Origin: Macrostomum lignano
Taxonomy: Eukaryota
Length of the DNA stretch: 64,000 nucleotides
NCBI GenBank assembly: GCA_002269645.1
Contig: NIVC01003823.1
Location: 1,068-65,067, forward strand
Direction: 5' to 3'
Within the stretch, counting starts at the first letter, position 1. Every line of letters begins with the position of its first letter. Under the pieces are notes generated by a model. It was not told the DNA's origin. It was given only the letters and a program-made list of their open reading frames with translations, and searched no databases. Below, in pieces: positions 1 to 11,400 of the stretch. The position numbers and the translations under genes are program-made.

Positions 1-1099
1 TGTTAAATTGTGATCGCCTTGCGATCACCGTCTGCGACTTTGTGCAGGATGTTTTAAGACACCGAAATTGATACGAACTGTTTCAGTCCATGGATGAATC
101 TATGGTTAAACTTTAATTGTAAAAGTGTACTTATATTGAAGCACCATAATTTTGTTGTCAGATCGAACTTTTGCCAAAATTATTACTGATATGTTCACCA
201 AAATCGATTCACTACGATTGATATTTGGTCTAGTCAAGAGGCTGCTCAAGTGTTCTGAGCAAAAATGCAGATCTTGCTACATTGTCGTGAGTGTAACCTG
301 TCTCTATCACTGCGCATTTTTTCTGTGCCTTTTAAAAATTCGTGCCTTTCTATCTTTTTATCGATGTGTACTATAACAAATACTTCAATATTTCGTCGCG
401 TGTGTTTTTACAAGAGTAGTTTTAGAGCCAGCACCTAGACAGTTGATTTCAGACAGTCGTTTGCAATGAATCTATGGAACTCAATGAATTATAAAAATTA
501 TCCAAGAAAATTTTTAGGACTTTGTGATAGCCTTATTTTCCTCTTTTCATGTGTGCTGTGTTAAGAATTACTCGTATGAGTATACTCAAAAGATTCAAAT
601 GACGAAAAAATTAATTGGAAGCTTAATTAAAAAAAACGTTGGGTCTCAATAAGGCCTCTATGATTCTTCAAGTTTTAACGAACGAGTGATAAGCACCTTC
701 TGTGACACTTTAATTTTTCTGTGTGCAAAAGCGTTTTTTAAATACGAGCTAAATTTCAGTTAGCTCGTACTTGCGAATCTTCTCTCTACTTTTCCCTCTT
801 CTGCCAAAAAAGACATAATAAATACAATGGTACTACTAGCCGATATTACTTGTAGCTCGTAAGTACGTAGAAAATTCAGAACGATACGAATTAAAACTTT
901 TAGTTCTGGAGTCCTTTAGTTACCAGTTTTTTTTCAAACTTCATGGTTCATTTTTTAAAGATGCACTTGCTTGATAAAAGCGATTAAAACTTACTTTTTA
1001 TTTGATGGCGCACTTTAGGCGACATTGTCACACAACTGGCGCGAGGCATTACTGCCCATTCCGCCGACTCCCCTGAGCAGGCACACAAGCGCGTGGAGG

Positions 1100-1840
1100 G
1101 AAAAGGACAGGGGACAGCCGCGCGGGATTGCAGGCAGTCGGGGCCCACCTCTTCCTGTGCTTAGATGCCTCCCACTGGTTGATCCGAGTGGTGACAAGGG
1201 CGATGGGGGTGAGGCCACAGACAGGGGACCAATAAAGGACCCGGTCGAGCCAGCCTTGGCAGGCGATCGGCCAACTCGTTGCCGGGGTGGCCCGAGCGTC
1301 CGGGGATCAATCTTAGAGACACCTTGTTGAAGGCGCCTCGATGATTGTACGCGAGCAGGTGGTGGTGCGCTCAAGGGCGTGGATCACCGTTTGACTGTCC
1401 GAGTGGAGGGTAATCTTCCCCCCAGCACGCTGATTGTACAGATCCATGGCGCAGCAGCTGATGGCGAGAACTTCGTTTGGAAAACGGTGAAGCAGGGAGA
1501 AGTTTACCTCGGTTCCCCTTCCAGACACGATGCAGTAGCCGTAGCCAGAAGTGGAGTTGATTTGGGAATCGTCAGTGAAGCAGTGGATTTCACGGGGTTT
1601 TCTAGTTGTCCCTTCCTTCGTGACATGGTGGAATGCTGGTTTTGAATTTGAGCGGAGGGCAGAGCGTGGACGGGATTCCATCCGAGAGGGTCAGTAGGCC
1701 TCCCGCTGCTTCCAGGTCTCGCAGGCTGGAGGTTCTGCTTTCTGAAAACAAACTGCTTCTGGGTGGGGACACCCGCGTCAAGCAGACGGCGGGTGGTCTT
1801 CATTGCCTCCCCTCTGACAAAAAGATTTGACGACAGGTCG
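1100..1840 (-). mobile_element. Decayed non-LTR retrotransposon fragment (RNase H domain)
   Basis: ORF 1313-1681 has RNase H motifs (CFTDDS, ITLHSDSQTVIHAL). Frameshifted continuation gives PGRSGHPGNELADRL...AKAGSTGSFIGP, typical of RNase H C-termini in I/R1/Loa-group LINEs. Confidence 0.7.
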
Positions 1841-1849
1841 GGATTGATT

Positions 1850-3560
1850 ACTAACGCAGTACGTCGGCGTTGGTGATGGAGCCCGAGGGACCCTGTCGGT
1901 GTGGCCGGCGTCGCTCGTCCTCTCTCAGTCGAAGGCTTTCAGCTGCATCTCGAGGAGCCGCTTTCTTTGCTTCACTCCGACCTCCGGTCGCCCGCAGGCG
2001 GCCGGGGCGGGGCCGGGTGGCCGCCAGGATCGTCAGTGGGCGGCTCGGTCCGACCCACCCTCTTGAGATAGTCACAGATGAGGGCGCCGCCACCCTCGAG
2101 AACGTCGTTCCAGGAAATGACCACCCCGCCCCAGGTGCGGATGCGGGCCTGGTGGTGGCAGGGGCAGTAGAGCATAAGATGATCGACCGAGTCCGGTTCC
2201 CCGCAGTCGGCGCATTGGTCGTTCTGTGCGAGGCCGAACCGAAACAGGGTGTCGCGAGTCAGGGGGGATTTCTTAGTGCGGATTTGGCTGACCGTCACCT
2301 GGCCCCACCTGGGAAGGTCATCGTGGCCTGGCGTCGGAGTCAGGTACGGGTGCGTGCGGTCCCGCGCAGTTCTCCAGTTAGACAGTACGTGGCGGACGGC
2401 ATTTTTGGCGGAGGCCTGGGAAAGTTGCGCGTTGTTTGTTTCCAATTCTGCAGCTTCGCGGGCGAGGGCGTCCGCAGCCTCGTTACCAGCAATGTCCGCG
2501 TGGCCGGGAACCCATTGGAAGTGGAGCCTGGTCTGAGCTGGGAGGTCGTTGATGAGTCGCCAGATCGTGAGGGCGAGCGGGTTAGTAGAACGGTACGGGC
2601 CTTGGTTGATGGCCTGAAGGCCTGATCGTGAGTCGGTACAGATGTGGACCGAGAGCCGCGGGTTGCCGATGGTGTCGAGGGTTTGACGTAGGGCTCTTAT
2701 CGCTGCCTCGATGGCGACCAATTCAGCGTGGGTGCTACTGCACCACTTTCCGGCTGGCTGGCGGATGGACATGCGGAGTGCCTCGATGGATTCGGCAGTG
2801 AGGAGAGCACCTCCGCCGGCAGCCGTGCCGTCCGGGCTTGCGGAGCCGTCCGTCCAGATGGTGCAGTCGGCGCTCGGTAGCAGGGCCGCTGGGTCGAGGA
2901 GCCGCTGCCAAGCTTGCTCTTTGATGCTCATCTTCACGACTTGGAGCACGGTGCCGCTTGACGAGGTGGGAACCCAACCTTGGTCGGTCGGACTGTTTGG
3001 CCGAAAGGGGCATCTTCTGGCCTTGAATAATCCGGGCCGGTTGCCTCTGGCCATAGCCGCATAGGTGCGCTTCGACTTTGTGGATTGGCCAGTACGCCCT
3101 GCTTTGGATTCCTCTACAGTCGTGGGAGTTTGTTCACGAGCAGAGGTCCCACAGTCCCGCCACGGGAGGAGCTAGCCGCACCAGAAGCTTTGTTGGCACC
3201 CAACGATTCTACTTAGAGATGTTGGGCCCGCCCTGTTTTTTCAGGCGCTTGGTGTTATTCCTGAGTGGCGGCAGGGTTGTCGAAGTGAAGGGCACCGAAG
3301 TTCCAGTGCAACAATCGTCCGATGAGCCGCGGTACCAACCTTGGTTGGCATTCCAGCAGCATTAAGGGACGCGTTGGAGGCAATAGAATACTCCATGAGT
3401 CGCTGAAAGGCAAATGGGGACTAAGGTGAGAGGCTGTTAGGCCGCAACTCCAAACCTAACAGCCAGCCAACAGAATAGCGACCTGGGGTTGGCTTAAGCC
3501 CTTACTGGCCCGTTCGCTAGCAACTGAGAAGCTCCCCGGCTAAGATCCAGGGAGCCAGAT
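1850..3560 (-). mobile_element. Non-LTR retrotransposon derivative: RNase H plus C-terminal CCHC finger
   Basis: ORF 1972-3054: IWTDGSA, HAELVAI, HICTDSRS, FQWVPGHADIAGNEAADALA (all four RNase H acidic motifs), then CADCGEPDSVDHLMLYCPCH. No RT or APE motif visible upstream. Confidence 0.85.
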
Positions 3561-4352
3561 TCCGGAGCCTGATACTGGCCGCATAAGCTGTTAAAGTCAG
3601 AGGATACGCTCATAGAACTGAAAATATGATGTTTTACGTTGAGATTGGAGACTTTAGCAATTTCTTAATAAGCTAGACTCGAATCCTCTAGCTACGGTTT
3701 TGCACCTAGGTTGGGCCTAATTTCACGTGTAGTTAATTGCCACTGGAGTTAGTAATTTGGCTCTCGCCTAAAGAAAGGTAGTAGCTTTAGCCGCATGCCT
3801 TCTAAATTTGTTCTTGACGCGAAGGCTGCTGTTCACAGCATTCTTCTTGAAGACTGGCCCTGTTTAACGAGCATGAATGTACATTGGAAAACGAAGCTTA
3901 AGTACATTTATTGACGGATGTATGTCGTATGTACATCCATTCGCGCAATACATAGAAACTACGCATTTGGTACCTTATTGGGGGCTCTCATGCAGGGTTA
4001 AAAAGCTTTATATTTACCTTTCAATTTCTTTTACAAGCTTGAAAAAGCCATAAAAACGGGCATCAACTTTATTCAAAAGGCATAAAAAAAACGCTCGAAA
4101 CAGAGCATGTAAGTTTTGCATTGGCGACTAATTATAAATTTTGCTTACGATCCATTTACAATCCACTTAAAATTCACTGACAATCTATTTACAATTCACT
4201 TAAAATTCACTTACAATCCGCAAAAAATTCACTTTCAATTTATCAACATTTACACTACATACTATTTACTGCACGGCTTGGGATTTACTGCACAGTCGCG
4301 TTATCTATCTATGTCTATGGCTAAAACCAGAAGAATGCTTTGCTCATAAATC

Positions 4353-4477
4353 AATGAATCTATCACTAGGTTCCTTCGTGCGTAAATAGTCTTGCCACGA
4401 GTGCGCGTTAGAATGCGTTAGCGCACTCGTGCCATAGACTATTTACGCACTCGAAACCTAGAGATAAATCTACCATT
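4353..4477. mobile_element. Short palindromic MITE-like hairpin
   Basis: Arms ...ctaggttccttcgtgcgtaaatagtcttgccacgagtgcgc (4353-4406) and gcgcactcgtgccatagactatttacgcactcgaaacctag... (4421-4477) are imperfect inverted repeats. Confidence 0.65.
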
Positions 4478-5085
4478 AAGTGAAATGCACTTTGAAACTG
4501 CTTTTTTCGACCCAAGATTTGTCCAAGCCAAGTATAAAATGCTACCTTCTCGGCTAGAAAGGCTTTGCACAGGGGGGCGCATTAAGATTCTAGCTAGCTA
4601 TAGTCTATGGCCAGCCCTGCTGATCATGTCGGCAGGAACGGAGCTTTTGTATTTCTAGCTCCGGCGCGAAAAGGTTAAAATGCTTTATCATCGAGCTGCA
4701 GGGATGTGGCGCGATGCAGGCGCACTTATATCTAAACTATAAAACACAACGGAAAATTCCAGCTCTCAGCAGAAGAATGGAATTTGTTAGCACTGCTCAT
4801 TTCTTGCCTTTAGCTTGAAGCTTAAACTCTCGCCATTTTAATTGTGTACGAACTGTGCTCAGCGCAGTTCTGAGCTTAAATTGCAGCTATTATGCGCACT
4901 GGAGCAAGAAAATTTAGCTGTGAGGTAATTTAGACAATTTTTTAATTTTTTATAACTCCGGGTTGCTAGCGATTCTCTTAGTTGAACTCGAACTTAGACT
5001 TTGCATGTGATATTTGCATGTAACTGTGTCCCTTGAGGCGGCTCGTGTCCGCAACATATGAAGGTGATTATTTAAAAGTTCAAAT

Positions 5086-5380
5086 GGGGTTGAAGCCTAG
5101 TGGTTAGGGCGTCGGACTTACCACTGAAAGGTCGGGGGTTCGATTCTCAACCTACTCGAAACAATGTGTCCTTGAGCAAGACACTTAACTCTGCTTTGCT
5201 TCAGTTCACCCAGCTGTAAAATGGGTGCCAGCATTAGCTGGGGGGTAAATGAGGGCGTGTGTGGCGATGGACTGAACAGCCGTACGCAGCCTTCATATGC
5301 GCCGCGCAATAGCTTCGGCTGAGCTGTCGTTTCTATTAGGGCAGGTGTAAGCAACTTAGCTAGGATTTTTTATTTTTATT
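5086..5380 (+). mobile_element. tRNA-derived SINE, copy 1
   Basis: A-box agcctagtgg, B-box ggttcgattc, central gtgtccttgagcaagacacttaac...cacccagctgtaaaatgggtgcc domain, T-rich tail. Homologous copies at 40378-40697 and 49325-49588. Confidence 0.85.
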
Positions 5381-5492
5381 ACAAAGAAGCGCTGCTTTAC
5401 TACTTGCAGTAAAAGTTACTTCAAATATTTATCTAGTGCACCAAGCCAACCGCTGCCATCACCGACCTCTCGAACTTGATTGCAGACAGGAA

Positions 5493-8400
5493 ATGAGCTT
5501 CAACAGCGGAGGCGGATGCGAGCACCCGTTCAAGAAGCTGCGCAAAAAGTGCCTGAGTGCCGGCTGCCAGGAGTTAATCGCGCTAGGTGATCCGAGATGC
5601 ACTGCATGTTCAACTGAAGACCCATTTGACTACTCGTGCGGCATCTGCGGTGATGCTGCAATGTGCGATCATTCCAACGAAAAGTGTCAAAAGACATGCA
5701 AAAATTGCAAGACACCAGCAAAAAGCCTTGGTAGCAAGTTTTGCTCAGAATGTGGAAAGCAAAGAACTTTCGAAGTTGCTTGCAGCTGCCAAATCGGGGG
5801 CGAGTCAAGTTCAGTAACCTCCGCGGCGGCCCCAACTGGAACTCAGTCAAGAGATGCTACACCCACAAATATTAGTGCGCCTCAATCGACCGTGACTACA
5901 GAAGTTGGACAGACTGAATCAAAACCGGAAGCGCAACAGGAAGCCCCAGCGACGGCAAAGACCGGTGCAGACTTGCCGATAGATGTGTCAAATTTGTCAT
6001 TCTCACTGGTCAACCCGAGCCTAACAAAAAAGCCGCCGCCAGACAGAATCGATAATTCCACCCAGGAGAAATCGCTACCCTATGCTCCTGAACCCGGCCA
6101 GCCGACCAAGTTTGAAATCGAAATGCAACCCAGAATGTCCCAGGACTTGACGACTAATCAGCCAGCTAATCAACGTAAGTCAAGCCGGAAGAAGAAGCGG
6201 GCACCACAGCCGAAACCAGCTGAGCAAACCAAGGAGGCGACGAGTATGCCTACTGCTGATAGTAGTAAAAAAGCATCAAATATTTATGATCCAGGTAGCG
6301 AAGAAGCCAATAATCACTCCAGTCTGCTGCCGAGTGTCAAGGATTCGGGACCGGTCAACCGGGGCACCAAAGCGATAGACACTGACGAAGTAAAGCCAGA
6401 TGAAGTTCCAGAGAAAAACCCCAGGCCGACTGATTATTTGAAGCTCGTTAAGAAAGATTATCCCAATGAGCCGCTACTAGAGGTTATTCTCAACTGCTAT
6501 CTGGATAATGGATCCTTTGAATTCGATCCCGGAACTGACAGAGTATTGATAGTATTCAAAAAGCACGAACTTGGAAATGACAACCCGGCAAAGAGTCCGT
6601 TCGTTTTCAAGCAAGAGTGCCTCATCGACCAGAACCATCAAAATACTGGGCTAAGCTACTGGCGCTCGTCATTTTTGCTACCCAAGAAACTGCTGAAGGA
6701 CGGTTTGGAGTACAGGTACGCGGTTGAAAAAAGCTCGACGTCAACTTGTCAAGAGGAGGCCGGCATCCGGCTGATGAAACATGATGGAACACAGCAGCAC
6801 CTGCTGCAGCTTGATGCTCTGGTGACCTCGCCAACCCCGTCGAAGACCCCATCCAGAAGTATGGACGATGAATACAAACTGCAGCTTCGCCTTCTCGTGG
6901 ACAGTGCGCTCGATGAGCTAAAGAGACTGCCACCGAAAACTGTTCTAAAGGCTGCTCAAGCGCGGCTTAACGACCCAAAACTTCGTCGCAAAGATTTTCA
7001 ACAAGAACGAATGAAGCAAGAGGTGAGTTTAACGAAAACATCATACGCTAACTTTTAAATCTCTTTTGGGTTGAATACATGACTTAATGATTTTTAATTT
7101 AGGAAATGGAGAGGCTGCTATCGGGACTGTGCGAATCACCGGACGATTTCGGATTCTCAACGGACGAAAACCGGAGCTGGGAAAAATGGTTGCGAAACAT
7201 CGACTTGTTTATTTTTCTAGTCTTTAACGGAGCTATAACTGGATCTGCAAATCTGGCGTCAGGAATTCAACAAAACAATTTGAAGATTCTGCTGAAACTG
7301 ATCTTGCCTCCGATTGACTGGAAACGTCAAACAGAAATCGCAAGGTAGAAATGCCAGTTTGACTAGTGCTCTATTTCCTATGCACTAAACATCCTTATCG
7401 TTGTCGAAAATAGTCACAACTTTCACATAATGCTAGTGTCTACAATGGTATGAGCTTGTAAGACGCAGGGGCTGTGTGCACCCTTAACGCACTTAAGTGA
7501 TATTGTCACAATCAGTGAAAGGCGTTACTGCCCATTCCGCCGACTCCCCTGAGCAGGCACACAAGCGCGTGGATACGTACGCAGTCATACGCAACAGGCA
7601 CACACTCACACAGGAGTGTACAGCGGTCATAACTTTATTTATCGTTAGGCATGTACACTGCGCCTTGGGAGTTTGCTCTCAAGGCCATTATTGCACGAGC
7701 AGAGCCAAGCCAAGATTCAAATGTAGCCTCAAATTAATGTGACTGCACTTGATCGCCTGGGCCGCTGGAACATCATACGCCGCACTAGACCACTAGGCTA
7801 CGCCCTCCTCATGCATGCCCCTTACCCATAGACGATGAGCATTTGTAAACTTAAACCGTCTCTTGGACGGTTAAACTTTGGAAGGTCACCGTTTCCACCT
7901 CTTGGCCCGATGGAGCAACCGCTACATGTACTCGTAGTACAGAAGTGCTGAAGAGTCAACACTTTTTGTAGAATCGGCTTTACTACCCCATGGTAGGTTA
8001 CGACTTCTGAAGCAACTTAACACACTTGATTGTGAGACAACGACTATGTAACCGTTTTTTTGGTAACTTGGCCTGTGTGCGCACCGGGGGCGGGGCGGAG
8101 GCTAGGTTAAGTTGTTTTGGTGTCTCTCAATCTCGCTCAATGTACTTTGCTAGCGAGGGGTGGGGATTACGGTGAGCCAGACCGTGAGCCAGTCGGCAAG
8201 GTTTTTCGTGTTTTTGAGCCACAATAAAGTTCTGATTTGATTTTATTTCAGTTTTATTTTCATAATTTTGACCGTCATTATACATAGTGAAAGCAGTTGA
8301 GCTTTTTAAGTGTCGCAGATATATGGAAATCACATTTCAGAGAAACGATTGCTGATTTCGAAGAAGCGCTGAAAATTGTTGGAGAAGGCGATGTCAATCT

Positions 8401-11400
8401 GCTTGAGTACTTGTATGTGGCTCCGGCCTATCATATTCTACTGTTGAATGTAAAACCCTGGGGTTCTGATGGCATCGACGAAGTGTATAGTCAAATACCC
8501 AGCATTACTGACCGAAATTGGTGGGGCCTGCATCGGTTGACCGATAACTTTTGCCACCAAATTAAAAGACTCAGGTAAGCTTTGTTTATTTTTCTGCATA
8601 TGAGTACAATTATGAGTATGTGCGGTATTGAGTACTGCGTTGCCTTTGTGGAATTGCTCACTTTGAGACCTCCGGATAGCAGGTTATGAAATTGAAGGTG
8701 TAAAAACACTCAAGACACGAGGCCGTTGTATGGTCAAATGCAAATCTATGGTCATGATGGAGACATTTTTAGCAGTCATAAGCTCTATAAAAAGTCTTCC
8801 ATGAATTTTTTATGACTGGAAGGAAGCCATAGACTTTTAACCATAGACTAGGAATAATTAAACGGCCTTTATGGTGTATAAAGTATAGCATTTCCCAGTC
8901 AATTTGGTCCTAGAAGCACTCAATTTAATCCGCAATAGAGAATTCCAATTCATTCCGCTGTCACTAGAGATATGTCTATGGCCAAGTATGCTGTTTCGTT
9001 CCACTCAATTTAATCCTGTGGGCACTTATTTCGCGTATTCATTTTAAAAGCTCTTACTTTTAAAGAAAAGAGATTGACGCATTGATTTGTAAGCATTAAG
9101 TTTTTCAGAATGAAGCTGGAATAAATTTACCATAATTTAGTCGACAAAACAAAACAAGGAAAACAGTAACAGTAGCAAAAAAGGAAACCTGAACAGGCAT
9201 CAGAAACAACATCATCAAAGTTATAAAATGGGGTCACCCGCAATGCATCTAGGAATGAAGCGCATCATTTGGCGGTCCCATCCGCCGCATTTCGCAGCCG
9301 TAACCACGCCAGTCGATTCTTCGGCGATCCGGATTAGCACAGTGATTCCCCATTCCCCACAGAGTCATTTGTGGAGGTGGACCATCTAGCTCGACTTTGA
9401 CTGCCGGAAGCAAGCCCTTACCAAGCACTTCATCGTAAACAATTGCTTGTCGAGCTTCCGAGCGATCGTACTTTTTCTAACTTCTGCTAACTTTCCGAGT
9501 CACTCATTCTTGCTTATTAACGGCTTTTAAAATGAATACGCGAAATAAGTGCCCACAGGATTAAATTGAGTGGAACGAAACAGCATACTTGGCCATAGAC
9601 ATATCTCTAGTGACAGCGGAATGAATTGGAATTCTCTATTGCGGATTAAATTGAGTGCTTCTAGGACCAAATTGACTGGGAAATGCTATACTATTTTATA
9701 TTATATTCGAACAAGTTCCTACAGGGACCTCTGCGATGATTACCATAAATGGTAATAGCATTACTATCTGATCCCACCTGATGGATATGAATATTTATTC
9801 CATTCTACCCATTAATATTCGCTAGGTACAACTTGGTTTGGCTGGACTCATTTCTGTCCAAGTACGGTCGGGTCGATCCTCTGCTGGGCCGACTTTGCGC
9901 CGCACTCACGAGAGACGATGCTCTGCCGGAACTGCTGAAGCTGCGGCATCTCTCCCTGGAGGTGAAGCTGGCCGTTGCTGCCTGTATTTTGCAGAGCAAA
10001 ATTCCGATGCACCAAACCGGCCATTTTGAACAAATTATTGTGAGTTTGAGAAGAGAGCGAATGAATATAAACCCGGACTGAAACACAAATAATCAAGCTT
10101 AGCTACTTAAAATTTGTAGGCCATCCTTGATGAACTTTCGGGTAATACTCTACTGGTGACGTCACCTAGAGCATTCCTTTTCATCGGCTTTGAGCTCGCT
10201 AATGCCGTTTTAAGGATGCCGCTTCGCTCAGTAAGAATGGAGGCGCTGGCCGTTGGTTTGAGTTTCAAATCTGTTCGCTTTGTTTTAATGCGCTACTTGA
10301 CAGCCAGCCAGCGTGATGGACAGAAACGTCGCGAGGTACTGTCTGAAAATGAAAAGCGGCGCGCTAAAGATGAACTTGAAAAGCTTCTGCAGGCTCTGGT
10401 GGATTATCATTGTGAATTTTTGAAGCGCAACGCAGTTACAGTTACCGTGCTGTTAGAGGTGAAACAAATTTCTATGCTATAAGAGCCTAAAATTGAACCT
10501 AAACCTAAAATGCAAGCGTTAATTTTTCCTTTACAGCAATTCAACGCTCTTCTCATTTTACCGTTGGACTACCAAGACGGAAAGCTTCATAAAGGCATTC
10601 TGTCTATTTTAAGTTCAGGCCTACAATTGCTGTTGGATCAAATATCGACGGTATTTTATACAAACCTATTACTTTTCTTTATGCTTCGGGGTCTTTATTC
10701 TCACACGAAAAGTTTTCAGTTGATAAAACGAATTTTCAGGAGGCTCTTCTTGAGCTTTTTAGTGAGAGGAGCGTCGAAATTTTCTCAACTCTGAGTGCCA
10801 ATATAACCAAATCAGCGATCGAACTTCTGTTCAGCAGGCTGGAGTCCATGGAACAGGGAAGATACTTTTTTGAACAAATGGTAAGTTTACTTTTTGTTTG
10901 TTTTTGTCTTTAAGTACGACTCAAGATATTTGTATCTAATTCGATCAATTCATAAACTTCAGTCGACAACTTGGAAGGGGTTGCGAAGAATATTCAGAGA
11001 AGATCATCCGCACTTTTCGATCGCTTGTCAAGCATTGTCCAATGCTGTCATCAGCCTGAGGTCAAACAGAATCGGCAGGTTTCAAGGGACGCACAAGGCC
11101 GATCCCAACCTCACTTTGGTGCTGGAATGGCCCCTTGCAGCCATGGTTATCGCTGATATGAGTAAGAACCGCTGAACTTATAATGCTTCTGAAACAACAT
11201 GGTAAAATTTGTAGCGTATTACTGGTTTTTTAAACAGTACTAGCTAGAGTGACCCTTTTTAAAGGCTGTCTGCTGCGTACGCTGGGCACAAATCTACTTT
11301 CGAGTTGGGTGAGAGAAGATAGAACTGTACGTGTATCAGAGTTGTCCTCGACGCTCTGTCATCTCTCCAGCTATCGCAGGAACTATAATCTGACCTAAAA

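Noticed and set aside
1049-1097. HDV-like ribozyme (minus strand ends ggcggaaugggcag)
   Set aside because: I could not build P1, P3/L3 and P1.1. The segment is better explained as part of a coding-type repeat.
3500-3575. Ribozyme at the LINE 5' end
   Set aside because: A strong hairpin is present, but no consistent HDV or hammerhead core on either strand.
5086-5160. tRNA gene
   Set aside because: No acceptor-stem 3' half. The sequence continues into a SINE body, as do the copies at 40697 and 49588.
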